Of a stretch of 64,000 bases of DNA, positions 20,768-31,448 are shown in pieces; the first letter of the stretch is position 1; every line of letters starts with the position of its first letter. The stretch is from positions 10,481 through 74,480 of the forward strand of contig CAMLBF010000006.1 of assembly GCA_946478235.1 (NCBI GenBank). The letters run 5' to 3'. Source of the stretch: an uncultured Bartonella sp. GTDB lineage: Bacteria; Pseudomonadota; Alphaproteobacteria; Rhizobiales; Rhizobiaceae. Both the position numbers and the translations under genes were made by a program. The notes below the pieces were generated by a model. That model was not told where the DNA came from. It made no database searches and saw only the letters and a list, made by a program, of their open reading frames with translations.

Positions 20768-21010
20768 AATTATTAGAAAATTTTTCCTACAAAATACAAA
20801 TATTAGAAACATTCATCATAATGAAACTATAAATTGTATTGAAAATTTTCCTTGGTTTTTATACCACGTCCGATAAAACTAACTGGAAATTTACTTGAAA
20901 GACTTTAATAAATATAAGGCTTTCATATTAACTTGGTTCAACAGAATTCACCTTTTCAGCCTATGTTTTGAGACGAAGCATTCTGAAAATAAAAATTGAG
21001 GATTTACATA

Positions 21011-21829
21011 ATGTTTCTCGAAAAAATCAAAAGACGTACAGCCCTAGGACTCATTGCTTCATTTGCAGCATGGGTAAGCCTTGCGCCATTGGCACATGCC
21101 GAAGACAAAACAACAATCAAACTTGGCACAATGGAAGGTGAAGAAAGTGATGTTTGGAAAGTAGCCGCTGAACAGGCGAAAAAAGAAGGTCTGAACGTCG
21201 AGCTTGTCTATTTTTCTGATTACGCTTTACCCAATGAAGCCGTCAATTCGGGAGATATTGATGCCAATTCATTTCAACATAAACCGTATCTCGATGCACA
21301 AATTGAACAACGCGGCTATAAGCTTTCTATCGTAGGATATACTGTTTTGTTCCCGATGGGCGTATATTCTCATAAAATCAAAGATATGAAAGATTTGCGT
21401 GATGGCGCCATTGTTGGTGTGCCAAACGATCCATCCAATGGCGGACGTGCATTGCGCCTGTTGAATGATATGGGGCTGATAAAGTTGAAAGACCCTAATA
21501 ATGTTCTCGCTTCAAAATTGGACATTGTTGAAAATCCGAAAAAATTGGAGATTCGCGAGCTTGATGCAGGAATGCTTGGCCGAGCAATTGATGATTTCGA
21601 CATTGCCATCGTAAACACCAATTGGGCTTTAACAACGGGCTTGAAACCGGATAAAGATGCGATAGCATGGGAAAAGGTTGAAAATAATCCTTACAACAAC
21701 ATCATTGTTGTAAAAACAGCCGACAAAGATCAACCTTGGGTAAAAAAATTGGTAAGTGCCTATAATTCAGAACCAGTTAGAGCCAAGATTAAAGAAGTAT
21801 TCGGTGTAACAGCCAAAACTGCATGGTAA
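21011..21829 (+). CDS. metQ: Methionine ABC transporter substrate-binding protein
   Basis: NlpA/MetQ-like blocks are present (IDANSFQHKPYLD, VGVPNDPSNGGRAL, NTNWAL) with a signal peptide. ATG 21011 has GAGGA 8 nt upstream. The track ORF starts at TTG 20996. Confidence 0.85.
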   Translation: MFLEKIKRRTALGLIASFAAWVSLAPLAHAEDKTTIKLGTMEGEESDVWKVAAEQAKKEGLNVELVYFSDYALPNEAVNSGDIDANSFQHKPYLDAQIEQRGYKLSIVGYTVLFPMGVYSHKIKDMKDLRDGAIVGVPNDPSNGGRALRLLNDMGLIKLKDPNNVLASKLDIVENPKKLEIRELDAGMLGRAIDDFDIAIVNTNWALTTGLKPDKDAIAWEKVENNPYNNIIVVKTADKDQPWVKKLVSAYNSEPVRAKIKEVFGVTAKTAW

Positions 21830-21836
21830 GTTTATA

Positions 21837-22868
21837 ATGGTGGCAACTTCGCAACCAATCATTTCATTGAAAAATATTAGCCGCCGTTTCAACCAAACGG
21901 CGGCTGTTGACGATTTATCTCTTGATATCCAAGCTGGTGAAATTTTAGGAATTATCGGACGTAGTGGTGCCGGCAAATCAACCCTTATACGTTGCCTGAA
22001 TGGTCTTGAAACCATCGATGAAGGCAAGATTTTTTTTGAAGGTCATGATGTTTCCCATTTGACGGAAACACAATGGGCGCCCTATCGTCAGCGCATTGGT
22101 ATGATATTTCAACACTTTAACCTGTTGTCGTCCAAGCGTGTTATCGACAATATTGCATTGCCGCTAAAATTGGCTGGTGTTGCGAAAGAAAAGCGCAGAC
22201 AACGCGCTTTGGAATTAATTGAGCTTGTTGGACTAAATGGTAAAGAGCAACATTTCCCAGCAGAACTTTCAGGTGGTCAAAAACAACGTGTCGGAATAGC
22301 CCGTGCGCTCGCTGCCAATCCGAAAGTGTTACTATCTGACGAGGCCACCTCTGCACTCGATCCGGAAACCACACAATCCATTCTTGAACTATTAGCCGAT
22401 ATTAATAAGCGACTTAATTTAACAATTGTCTTGATTACGCATGAAATGGAAGTTGTTAGTACAATAGCGGATCGGGTTGTTGTTCTCAATCGCGGACGTA
22501 TTGTTGAAGAAGGGTCTGTTAAAGATATTTTTGCCTCCCCACAGGAAGACACAACAATTGCTATGCTGCGGATTGTTACACCACAATTACCAGCCGAGTT
22601 TGCCAAGAGGTTAAAACCTCAAGGTCAAGAAGCTGTTGTTGAATTAAACATTGCTGGCGAGGTCGCACGAAAACCCTTCCTGCATCTGATTGAACAGGAA
22701 AGCGGTTTAATCCCACGTATTCTTCATGGTGGAATTGATACGATACAGGGAGAGCCTGTTGGACGTTTCTTTTTAGGTTTGCCGGCAGACGATAAAGAAA
22801 AGCTGGATAAGGCAGTTGTCTGGCTTACACAAAATGGTCGTTATTGCGAGGTTCTTGGCTATGTATAG
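21837..22868 (+). CDS. metN: Methionine ABC transporter ATP-binding protein
   Basis: Walker A GRSGAGKST, signature LSGGQKQRV, Walker B LLSDEATSALD, and a C-terminal NIL domain. Confidence 0.92.
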   Translation: MVATSQPIISLKNISRRFNQTAAVDDLSLDIQAGEILGIIGRSGAGKSTLIRCLNGLETIDEGKIFFEGHDVSHLTETQWAPYRQRIGMIFQHFNLLSSKRVIDNIALPLKLAGVAKEKRRQRALELIELVGLNGKEQHFPAELSGGQKQRVGIARALAANPKVLLSDEATSALDPETTQSILELLADINKRLNLTIVLITHEMEVVSTIADRVVVLNRGRIVEEGSVKDIFASPQEDTTIAMLRIVTPQLPAEFAKRLKPQGQEAVVELNIAGEVARKPFLHLIEQESGLIPRILHGGIDTIQGEPVGRFFLGLPADDKEKLDKAVVWLTQNGRYCEVLGYV

Positions 22869-23520
22869 TGTCATTTCGAAAGAACTCCCACAAGCCATTC
22901 TTGATACTATTATCATGACAGTAAGCTCGTCTCTTTTGGCGCTTATTATTGGTTTGCCAATCGGGCTTATTCTTTATACGACAGCACGGGGTAGCCTATT
23001 TCCCAATGCGATTATTAATCGGCTGCTGAGTGGAATTGTCAATTGTGTCAGAGCAATTCCATTTATCATTCTTGCTTTCTATCTTCTTCCAGTAACACGC
23101 GTTGTTGTTGGCACGGGTGTCGGTATAAAGTCTGTTATCTTTGTGCTCACCATTTCAGCCATTCCCTTTTATGCACGTATGGCGGAACTGTCTTTTCGTG
23201 GTGTGGACAAGGGGCTTGTTGAAGCCATTCGCTCAATGGGCGCATCGAGAATGCAAATTGTTACCAATGTCGTTGTACCGGAATCGTTTTCAAGCCTTGT
23301 CACTGGCTTTACCGTGATGGTTATTTCAATTATCAGCGCAACATCACTTGCTGGTTTTCTTGGTGGTGGTGGATTGGGGGATATGGCTATCCGCTATGGT
23401 TACCAGCGCTATAATACCGAAGTTATGACAATGGTTATCATTGTACTCGTCATCATGAATGTTTTGGTACAATGGTGCGGTGATTGGATTTCGCAAAAAC
23501 TCGATCGCACCAATCGATAA
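22861..23520 (+). CDS. metI: Methionine ABC transporter permease
   Basis: The ATG overlaps the metN stop by 8 nt. It has five TM segments and the EAIRSMGAS EAA-loop. Confidence 0.9.
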   Translation: MYSVISKELPQAILDTIIMTVSSSLLALIIGLPIGLILYTTARGSLFPNAIINRLLSGIVNCVRAIPFIILAFYLLPVTRVVVGTGVGIKSVIFVLTISAIPFYARMAELSFRGVDKGLVEAIRSMGASRMQIVTNVVVPESFSSLVTGFTVMVISIISATSLAGFLGGGGLGDMAIRYGYQRYNTEVMTMVIIVLVIMNVLVQWCGDWISQKLDRTNR

Positions 23521-23546
23521 CGTCAGAATTATTTATATAAGTTTAT

Positions 23547-23587
23547 AAAATGCCGCATAAATTTCATTCCAATAAATGCGGCATTTT
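23547..23587 (+). terminator. metQNI operon terminator
   Basis: A 12-bp stem AAAATGCCGCAT/ATGCGGCATTTT. Confidence 0.65.
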
Positions 23588-23866
23588 ACGCGATTAAACC
23601 AATCGTACGACACCTAAAGACATGAGAAACATGTATTCAATGTCGGTTTTAATCTAGCTACCATATGTTTGAACCGTATTTTTAAGAAGTGATACACTGA
23701 CATACCGATAATTTTCAAATGCGGTATGTAACACCTGTATCATGCGCAATGTAACGCAATAGTTTTGCCAGATATTATATCGGACTGACCAGCATTATTG
23801 TTTATGAAATTATTGGACATGGCATTTTATGGCTTTGGAATGTAAGAGAAATGCCTAGGGCATAAT

Positions 23867-23888
23867 AAAAGGCCAAGAATGGCCTTTT
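23867..23888. terminator. Bidirectional terminator downstream of tex
   Basis: AAAAGGCC-AAGAAT-GGCCTTTT. Confidence 0.7.
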
Positions 23889-23947
23889 ATGTTGTTTCCA
23901 TGCGCAACAAGTGGCAGTTAAATGCGACTGACCGTTAAAAATCCTAC

Positions 23948-26242
23948 TTAGCGATTTTTACGCAATGCATCAGCCAAAGCAGAACCAAAACTTCCATGTT
24001 GCGATGATGATGCTTTTGATTGAGTCGTTTGATGGGACGAGGTTTTACGTGGTGTTGAAACCGGATCTGCGTTCTTACGCATTGTAAGTGATATTCGCTT
24101 CCGCGCGGCATCAACCTCAATGACGGTAACCTTCACAATATCACCTGCTTTTACCACGTCATGGGGATCACTGACATAACGATCTGCCAATTGCGAAATA
24201 TGCACAAGCCCATCCTGATGAACCCCAATATCAACAAAAGCACCAAAAGCGGCAACATTTGTCACGGTTCCTTCAAGTTCCATTCCAGCCTTAAGATCAC
24301 TAATTTCATTTATGCCATCAGCAAAAGTGGCCGTTTTAAATTCTGGTCTAGGATCCCGCCCGGGTTTTTCCAATTCATTGATAATGTCTTTAACCGTCGG
24401 CAAGCCAAAACGCTCATCGATAAATTGACGCGGATCAAGTTTTTTCAGCGTAGCGGTATCACCCATCAATGTACGCAGATCTCTTCCACATGCACTGACA
24501 ATTTTGCGTGCCACACTATAAGCCTCAGGGTGTACGGACGAAGCATCCAATGGCTCATCACCATTTCTAATACGCAAAAAGCCGGCACATTGTTCAAATG
24601 TTTTTGCACCAAGCCGTGGTACCGATTTCAGCATATCACGATTTTTAAATGGTCCATTAGCATCACGATAAGCAACAATAGCTTGCGCTAAAGATGAGCC
24701 AACGCCCGAAACCCGTGCCAATAGTGAAGATGATGCTGTGTTCAAATCTACACCAACCGCGTTAACAGCATCTTCGACCACACCGTCCAATGCCCGTGCA
24801 AGCTGGAATTGATCCACATCATGTTGGTATTGCCCGACACCAATTGACTTTGGTTCAATCTTAACCAATTCAGCCAGCGGATCCTGCAGGCGTCTTGCAA
24901 TGGAAACAGCCCCACGTAATGATACGTCAATATCGGGAAATTCAGCAGCTGCAAGCTCGGAAGCAGAATAGACCGAAGCACCTGCTTCAGAAACAATAAC
25001 TTTGGTGGGTTTAGGTGCCGGAATGAGGCTTAGTAAATCCCCTACCAATTTTTCTGTTTCACGACTTGCCGTTCCATTGCCAATTGCAATCAAATCAACC
25101 TTGTGTTTCGCAATAAGAGCAGCAAGAACCGCTTGTGAACCATGCATATCGCTACGTGGTGGAAATGGGTAAATTGTTGCTGTTTCTAATAGCTTTCCCG
25201 TTTTATCAACCACCGCAACCTTGACGCCTGTACGAATTCCAGGATCGAGCCCCATTGTTGCACGTGTTCCGGCGGGGGCCGCCAATAAGAGCGCTTTCAG
25301 GTTACGTGCAAATACGGTTATTGCTTCCTCATCGGCACGCTCATGTAACTCGCGCATCAAATCCAGTGATAGATGAAGTGACAGTTTAACGCGCCATGCC
25401 CAAACCGCGACATCAGACAGAAATATGTCTCCTGGCAATTTATTGCCAATTTGATAGAGACCTTTGATAATCTGTACAACTGGCTTGTCTATATGCGGAA
25501 GCTCTTCATCAACCTCGATATTGACACTCAGAACTTCTTCATTTCGACCTCTAAACATTGCAAGCGCACGGTGGCTTGGAACATTTGCCCATTTTTCAGA
25601 ATGGTCAAAATAATCAGAAAATTTTGCGCCAACTTGTTCTTTGCCTTCAATGACTTTTGCATGCAAAATTGCGTTCGCTTGCATATAGTGACGAAGTTTG
25701 CCGACAAGTTCGGCATTTTCGGCCATTTCTTCCGAAATAATATCACGAGCACCCTCTAATGCACTTTTGATATCGGCCACTTTGTCATTAATATAATCCT
25801 TGGCAAGCTCTTGTGGTTCTTGATCGCGCTTGGATAAAATTGCTTCCGCAAGAGGTGCTAGACCATTTTCACGTGCAATTTGTGCGCGTGTACGGCGTTT
25901 CGGTTTATAAGGTAAATAGAGATCTTCCAATTCAGATTTTGATGACGCAGCAACCAAAGATTGTTCAAGCTCTGGGGTAAGCTTACCTTGCTCGCGAATT
26001 GACTGGATAATTGCTTCACGTCGGCTTTCCATCTCACGGAGATAGACAAGACGCTCTGAAAGTAATCGCAGTTGGCTGTCGTCCAATCCGCCTGTCACCT
26101 CTTTTCTATAGCGCGCAATAAAGGGAATTGTTGCGCCCTCATCAATTAACGCTACAGCTGCGGCAACCTGTTGGGTAGACGCTTTAATTTCCAAAGCAAT
26201 AATTTGTGAGATAGACTGCATTACTTGTGTCATTATATTCAC
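23948..26242 (-). CDS. tex: Tex-like transcription accessory protein (S1 RNA-binding domain)
   Basis: 764 aa. It has [16 protein letters not shown] at the N-terminus, YqgF/HhH central blocks and a C-terminal S1 domain ([16 protein letters not shown]). Confidence 0.92.
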   Translation of the reverse strand: MNIMTQVMQSISQIIALEIKASTQQVAAAVALIDEGATIPFIARYRKEVTGGLDDSQLRLLSERLVYLREMESRREAIIQSIREQGKLTPELEQSLVAASSKSELEDLYLPYKPKRRTRAQIARENGLAPLAEAILSKRDQEPQELAKDYINDKVADIKSALEGARDIISEEMAENAELVGKLRHYMQANAILHAKVIEGKEQVGAKFSDYFDHSEKWANVPSHRALAMFRGRNEEVLSVNIEVDEELPHIDKPVVQIIKGLYQIGNKLPGDIFLSDVAVWAWRVKLSLHLSLDLMRELHERADEEAITVFARNLKALLLAAPAGTRATMGLDPGIRTGVKVAVVDKTGKLLETATIYPFPPRSDMHGSQAVLAALIAKHKVDLIAIGNGTASRETEKLVGDLLSLIPAPKPTKVIVSEAGASVYSASELAAAEFPDIDVSLRGAVSIARRLQDPLAELVKIEPKSIGVGQYQHDVDQFQLARALDGVVEDAVNAVGVDLNTASSSLLARVSGVGSSLAQAIVAYRDANGPFKNRDMLKSVPRLGAKTFEQCAGFLRIRNGDEPLDASSVHPEAYSVARKIVSACGRDLRTLMGDTATLKKLDPRQFIDERFGLPTVKDIINELEKPGRDPRPEFKTATFADGINEISDLKAGMELEGTVTNVAAFGAFVDIGVHQDGLVHISQLADRYVSDPHDVVKAGDIVKVTVIEVDAARKRISLTMRKNADPVSTPRKTSSHQTTQSKASSSQHGSFGSALADALRKNR

Positions 26243-26394
26243 CAGATTCGAAATTTCGACTGACCTTACGGATCATAATCGATAAGGCAACCTTAATTCA
26301 GTCGATATACAAAATTTAAATTTCATACCTTTGTAATCGTCACAACTGTACCTATGTTAAGAATAACAGTGCCGCAAATTCAGGAGACTTTTTC

Positions 26395-27510
26395 ATGACA
26401 TCACTTTTTGATCCGATTAAGGCAGGCGATCTTGTTCTTGAAAATCGTATCGCTATGGCGCCTTTAACGCGCGCACGTGCATTGAATGCAATTCCAGATG
26501 ATTTGACCGCCCTTTACTATAAACAACGCGCGACAGCTGGTCTCATTGTCTCGGAAGGAACCGCCATTTCCCAACAGGGGCAAGGTAACATTGATGTGCC
26601 TGGGCTTTATGAAAAAGAACAATTGGAAGGTTGGAAAAAAGTAACCGATACAGTTCATAATGCAGGTGGTAAAATAGTAGCACAACTTTGGCATACGGGA
26701 CGTATTTCGCACAGTTCTTTACAACCAAATGGAGGAGCACCCGTTGCTCCATCAGCAATTCAAGCCAAAGCCAGAACCTACATTAAAGATGATGAGGGCA
26801 AAGGTATATTCGTAGAAACATCGCTTCCACGCGCATTGGAAGCAGCAGAGATCCCCGGAATTATAGAAGACTACTGCAAAGCCGCAGACAATGCTGTTAA
26901 TATTGCAGGTTTTGACGGTGTGGAAATTCACGCTGCGAATGGGTATTTGTTAGATCAGTTCCTACGTTCAAATTCCAACCATAGAACCGATGAATTTGGT
27001 GGATCTATTGAAAACCGAGCACGGTTTCCGCTCCTTGTTGCCGAAGCTGTGGCAAAAAAAATAGGTGCTGGGCGCACTGGCATTAGAATTTCACCCGTAA
27101 CACCAGCCAATGACGCGCATGACCCAGATCCGCAACCATTGTTTGACTTTTTTGTTGATGCCTTGGCAGCCTATGAATTGGCCTTTATCCATCTCATTGA
27201 AGGATCAACAGGTGGTGACAGAAATTATAATGAAGCCAAATATCCATTTGACTATCAACGCTTGAAACATGTCTATCGCGACGCCGGCGGTAATGGTGCA
27301 TGGATGGTGAATAATGGCTACACAGCCGATATGGCAGAACAGGCTGTCAAATCTGGTTATGCCGACATTGTTTCTTTTGGGCGCCCATTTATTGCCAATC
27401 CTGATCTTGTACGTCGTATCAAAGAACACGCAAAATGGAATGCGTTGGATCAAACCACTTTATATGGTGGTCATGAAAAAGGTTACACGGATTATCCAAC
27501 CTTGTCTTAA
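26395..27510 (+). CDS. Old Yellow Enzyme family NADH:flavin oxidoreductase (NemA/XenB-like)
   Basis: 371 aa with MAPLTRAR, QLWHTGR, GFDGVEIHAANGYLLDQF and GRPFIANPDL. Confidence 0.9.
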   Translation: MTSLFDPIKAGDLVLENRIAMAPLTRARALNAIPDDLTALYYKQRATAGLIVSEGTAISQQGQGNIDVPGLYEKEQLEGWKKVTDTVHNAGGKIVAQLWHTGRISHSSLQPNGGAPVAPSAIQAKARTYIKDDEGKGIFVETSLPRALEAAEIPGIIEDYCKAADNAVNIAGFDGVEIHAANGYLLDQFLRSNSNHRTDEFGGSIENRARFPLLVAEAVAKKIGAGRTGIRISPVTPANDAHDPDPQPLFDFFVDALAAYELAFIHLIEGSTGGDRNYNEAKYPFDYQRLKHVYRDAGGNGAWMVNNGYTADMAEQAVKSGYADIVSFGRPFIANPDLVRRIKEHAKWNALDQTTLYGGHEKGYTDYPTLS

Positions 27511-27524
27511 ATAATATATCAATA

Positions 27525-27556
27525 AAAAAGCCTCCAATTTCTGGAGGCTTTTTTTG
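27525..27556. terminator. Bidirectional intrinsic terminator
   Basis: AAAAAGCCTCCA-ATTTC-TGGAGGCTTTTT. Confidence 0.85.
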
Positions 27557-27609
27557 TAAATATGATTGGCTCGTAAAAATATGGTTATATTGAACTATAT
27601 CTTTCCAAT

Positions 27610-28581
27610 TTAAGCCGTAATATCGATAATTCCAGCTTCTCCACTTTCACTTCCAAAAGCCAGCCGATAGCCTTGCTCGTCCCACGTCATGGTAGAAATC
27701 GCACCTTTTCCTGGGCGGCGCAATAACACCTCTTTCGCGTCACTAAAGCGGATAAACAAAATCATTCCATCATTGAAGCCTGCTGCAACCATGTCTTCTT
27801 CAGGGTGACAACAAACACATGTAACCATCGCATCAGCGCGTGTGCCAAGTTCCAAGGGTGCTTTCCCCATGGGGCCATCTTTTGTCAAAAATGGCCATAC
27901 GATAGCTGCTGCCGCACCAGATGTGGCAAGCCATTTTCCCTTGGCACTCCATGACCAACTTTTTACTTTTGTCGGATATCCGCTCATACGTAAATGTTGT
28001 TCATCATTCAATCGCCAACCATGCAATGCATTTTCCTGCATTGATGAAATAACGTAACGATTGTCCGGTGAAAATGTAACCGCAAAATGGGCACCTTTCC
28101 AGCTAAGTTCAGTTGGTGTTGAATCTGCACCCAACCAGTGTAATGTCACACCATTATAACGTGCGACAGCCAACCGTAATCCTTTTGGTGCAAATGCCAA
28201 CCCTTCCACACTTCTTTCATGGTCAAATTCGCGCAAACCATCACCTGCATCTGCCCATGCCTTGCGTGATGATGCAAAGCTATAGGCACCATTAGGTCCA
28301 GCAGCTATCGATGTGATCCATTTATGAGATTGTTTTGCTCGCTCAACACAAATAGCATCAGCTGTCGTTTGGCAAATTCTGCCATCTTCACCGCCAGTCA
28401 AAACAGACTTGTTATCTTTCGATACCACAGCAGAAGCTATGCCGTCGTTAGCCTCAACAACCTTCTGCTTTTCTCCCAGCAATGTAATTTTCCCATCTGC
28501 CGTGACAAATACCGGCTGATTATCGATAAAACCAGCAAGTAAGCAATGAGCATCAAGGTCACAATGTGCTATAGTTGGCAT
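27610..28581 (-). CDS. WD40/beta-propeller repeat protein
   Basis: 323 aa with about six to seven 40-45-aa repeats ending in aromatic residues (e.g. VTLHWL, ALHGWRL, AAIVWPF). It starts 12 nt after the COG0523 stop. Confidence 0.7.
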   Translation of the reverse strand: MPTIAHCDLDAHCLLAGFIDNQPVFVTADGKITLLGEKQKVVEANDGIASAVVSKDNKSVLTGGEDGRICQTTADAICVERAKQSHKWITSIAAGPNGAYSFASSRKAWADAGDGLREFDHERSVEGLAFAPKGLRLAVARYNGVTLHWLGADSTPTELSWKGAHFAVTFSPDNRYVISSMQENALHGWRLNDEQHLRMSGYPTKVKSWSWSAKGKWLATSGAAAAIVWPFLTKDGPMGKAPLELGTRADAMVTCVCCHPEEDMVAAGFNDGMILFIRFSDAKEVLLRRPGKGAISTMTWDEQGYRLAFGSESGEAGIIDITA

Positions 28582-28593
28582 AACAACTCCGTT

Positions 28594-29730
28594 TTAAGCG
28601 CAATTTTCAAAACCAGCCTTTAGCTTGTCTTCCTCAAGCTCACGACCGATAAACACTAAACGACTTTCACGTTTCTCGCCCTGCTTCCACGGACGCTGAT
28701 GATCGCCTTCCAAAATCATGTGTACGCCCTGAACAACGTACCGGTCGTCATCACCTTTAAAAGCGATAATACCTTTCAACCGCAAAATATTAGGCCCTTG
28801 CTGTTGCGTTAATTGTTGAATCCAAGGGAAAAACTTTGCCGGATCCAACTCACCAGAGCGCAGTGAAACAGATTTCACCGTAACGTCATGAAGGGCTGCA
28901 CCGTGAACATGCTCATGGTCGTGCTCATGATGATGGTCACCATCTTCATGGTCATGGTGGTGATGATGTTCATGGTCATGATCATGGTCATGATCATGGT
29001 CATGATCATGGTGGTGATGGTGTTCATGATCGCAATCTGGCCCACACACATGGTCATCTTCTTCATCAATCTCCAGAAAATGCGGATCATTATCCAAAGC
29101 GCGTTGAAGATCGAAAGATCCCCGATCAAGAATTTTGCTTAAATCGACATCTGCGCGTTTTGTGCGGTAAATGACTGCACCTGGATTAATGGCGCGCACT
29201 GTCGCTTCAACATCGGCAAGTTCCTGAGCTGTCACTAAGTCTGTTTTGTTTAAAAGCACAACATCGGCAAAAGCTATCTGATCTTCTGCTTCTCTACTAT
29301 CTTTCAAGCGTAAAGGTAGGTGTTTTGCGTCAACAAGAGCAATCACAGCATCAAGTTGCGATTTCGCTCTTACATCGTCATCCATAAAAAATGTCTGCGC
29401 CACAGGAACCGGATCAGCTAATCCCGTTGTCTCTACGATAATTCCGTCAAATCGACCAGGACGGCGCATCAATCCCTCAACGACACGGATAAGATCGCCA
29501 CGCACGGTACAGCAGATACAGCCGTTATTCATTTCATAGATTTCTTCGTCGGATTCAACGATCAAATCATTATCAATACCAATTTCACCAAATTCATTCA
29601 CAATCACTGCATAGCGCTTGCCATGATTTTCCGTTAAAATGCGGTTAAGCAGCGTAGTTTTACCCGCGCCAAGATAACCTGTAAGAACAGTAACCGGTAT
29701 TTTGTGTGATGGTTTTTCAGTCTCGCTCAT
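28594..29730 (-). CDS. COG0523 (CobW/YeiR/ZigA-like) G3E GTPase metallochaperone with His/Asp-rich insert
   Basis: Walker [13 protein letters not shown], the COG0523 metal motif [14 protein letters not shown], a His/Asp tract [42 protein letters not shown], and a CobW C-terminal domain. Confidence 0.88.
   Translation of the reverse strand: MSETEKPSHKIPVTVLTGYLGAGKTTLLNRILTENHGKRYAVIVNEFGEIGIDNDLIVESDEEIYEMNNGCICCTVRGDLIRVVEGLMRRPGRFDGIIVETTGLADPVPVAQTFFMDDDVRAKSQLDAVIALVDAKHLPLRLKDSREAEDQIAFADVVLLNKTDLVTAQELADVEATVRAINPGAVIYRTKRADVDLSKILDRGSFDLQRALDNDPHFLEIDEEDDHVCGPDCDHEHHHHHDHDHDHDHDHDHEHHHHHDHEDGDHHHEHDHEHVHGAALHDVTVKSVSLRSGELDPAKFFPWIQQLTQQQGPNILRLKGIIAFKGDDDRYVVQGVHMILEGDHQRPWKQGEKRESRLVFIGRELEEDKLKAGFENCA
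28971..29013. repeat. Perfect tandem repeat (CATGGTCATGAT)x3 plus partial unit, encoding the HD dipeptide run
   Basis: Read directly: 12-mers at 28971, 28983 and 28995, then CATGGTG. Confidence 0.9.
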
Positions 29731-29816
29731 AGCACGACCTTTCCACGAATAGGATTTTTAAATATTCTTCGATATAAGCAATAAAGGCTATTTTTTCCAG
29801 CTTTCTGCAAAACACT

Positions 29817-30590
29817 TTATTCTTCGAATTGATCGAGATTAAAGCATGCCATGTCAGCAAGCAATCCTGTTAGTCCTTGCATTGTGTGATTGAATATCAA
29901 TTCACCAGCCTTTACATTGGCTTTTGCAGCATTACCGGCAGCGCCTTTGGGATTAAGATCACGCATCTTCCACCCAAAAGCGAAAGGCCCATAAGCCCGT
30001 AAATATTTATATTTATTGATAAATTCTTCCTGCTTATTGGAAAAGTTCTCTGCCTTTTCCATGTTGACTTTTTCTTGAGCCAAATAAAGCATAAGTGATG
30101 TTTCTATAAAGCCCGCATGAATATCAAATTGCTTTTCTTCTTTTGACAGAAGCCCTTCTGACAACCCAAATCGCCCCCAACTCGTTGCCACCGCCAACAT
30201 AGGATATCGGCAACGTAATTCTGTAATAACAATATTCATAAGAGGCGAATTGCCACCATGGGCATTCAGCAACAATAACTTCCTGATACCTTTTTGATAA
30301 CAATCCGTGCCAATGGCAATCCAGCGCTCTATGGCCTCATCAAATGAAAGTGTCTGCGTTACCGAACGTTCTGCATGTTCAATGGAATATCCAACTTTTT
30401 CAACCGGCAATGCAAGTATTTTATGATTTTCCAAAACTTGAGTTGCCAATCGTTGTGCAAAAGCGTTAGCAATTATAGCATCTGTTTCGGCTGGCAAATG
30501 ACATCCATGATATTCATGGGCACCAAGTGGAAGAATAGCGATTGTTTTGCTTTGTTGTAATCTTGTTAGTTCCATTGGGTTAACTTTCAC
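29817..30590 (-). CDS. Creatininase-family amidohydrolase
   Basis: 257 aa. LPLGAHEYHGCHLP, LLLNAHGGN and the later HAGFIETS fit the creatininase-fold metal ligands. Confidence 0.72.
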   Translation of the reverse strand: MKVNPMELTRLQQSKTIAILPLGAHEYHGCHLPAETDAIIANAFAQRLATQVLENHKILALPVEKVGYSIEHAERSVTQTLSFDEAIERWIAIGTDCYQKGIRKLLLLNAHGGNSPLMNIVITELRCRYPMLAVATSWGRFGLSEGLLSKEEKQFDIHAGFIETSLMLYLAQEKVNMEKAENFSNKQEEFINKYKYLRAYGPFAFGWKMRDLNPKGAAGNAAKANVKAGELIFNHTMQGLTGLLADMACFNLDQFEE

Positions 30591-30731
30591 AACATTGGTT
30601 ATTCACAACTTTTATATTTCTTAGCTACCACAATAAAAGCAATGTTTTGCGCCAACCATGAGAATCAGTTTGATAATCTATTTAAGAGAATCAAAAAACT
30701 CTTACAACGTCTTCGGGGAGACTTTACAGAT

Positions 30732-31211
30732 ATGTTTGAACACAAACAAATGCCGACGCTGGATGTTATCCAGTCTACGGCCAGAATGATGAAAACTCTA
30801 TTAGCGCACCGTCTTTATGAATACGGCTTATATGCTGGGCAAGACAGAATTATTCTTTCTCTTGCTTCAGATGACGGTCAAACACCAGGTTTTTTAGCCA
30901 AACAACTAGGTGTAAAACCTCCAACAATCACAAAAACCATCTCAAGATTACAAGAACAGGGTTTTGTCACTAAGCGTGGTTCTGAGAAAGACCAGCGCCA
31001 ACTGCATATATTTCTTACCAAAGATGGCAAGAAAGTTGTTGAACTAATTGAAAAGGCAATTGCAGATACTGAAAAAGATGCTTTAGCTGTTTTAAATGAA
31101 GAAGAACATTTAACGCTTATCCATTTATTAACGCGCATTAAAGCCAGTCTTATTGAACAACAGATTTTATCTTCAAATTTTGCATCTGATGCAAAAGCAG
31201 AAATTTTCTAA
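30732..31211 (+). CDS. MarR-family transcriptional regulator
   Basis: It has a winged-helix block (PGFLAKQLGVKPPTITKTISRLQEQGFVTKRGSEKDQRQ). It is divergent from the creatininase gene. ATG 30732 gives a typical 159 aa. The track ORF starts at 30642. Confidence 0.78.
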   Translation: MFEHKQMPTLDVIQSTARMMKTLLAHRLYEYGLYAGQDRIILSLASDDGQTPGFLAKQLGVKPPTITKTISRLQEQGFVTKRGSEKDQRQLHIFLTKDGKKVVELIEKAIADTEKDALAVLNEEEHLTLIHLLTRIKASLIEQQILSSNFASDAKAEIF

Positions 31212-31248
31212 AGAATTCCGTTCAATATCAAAATTATCACAATAAATG

Positions 31249-31308
31249 AAATTGGCCTCGCGTTTTATCCATAGTTTAAATTGTTTTATACTTGCGAGGC
31301 CAATTTTT
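31249..31308 (+). terminator. Long-loop hairpin after the MarR gene
   Basis: A 13-bp stem AAATTGGCCTCGC/GCGAGGCCAATTT with a 32-nt loop, then TTTAT. Confidence 0.45.
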
Positions 31309-31448
31309 ATAAAATAAACAAGTATTTTAGATTTTTAAAATAATAAACACTAATAAAATTGTGATCGTTTAAAATAATTTGAAATATTATAAAATTTTAA
31401 GTGATTATAACGATAGAACAATTCTATATCTCGGGAGGGTAAAGTTAA

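Noticed and set aside
20770-21010. SAM-II/SAM-responsive element upstream of metQNI
   Set aside because: The region is very AT-rich without the GC-containing pseudoknot stems. An isolated AAAGCU at about 20453 lies upstream of the small ORF and has no matching partner motifs that I could verify by eye.
28875-29142. Two 84-aa ORFs rich in M/I/V/T on both strands
   Set aside because: They are out-of-frame and antisense readings of the CATGAT/CATGGT repeat that encodes the His/Asp tract of the COG0523 protein.
29731-29816. Zur box upstream of the COG0523 gene
   Set aside because: No GTTATA-N-TATAAC-type palindrome is present on either strand.
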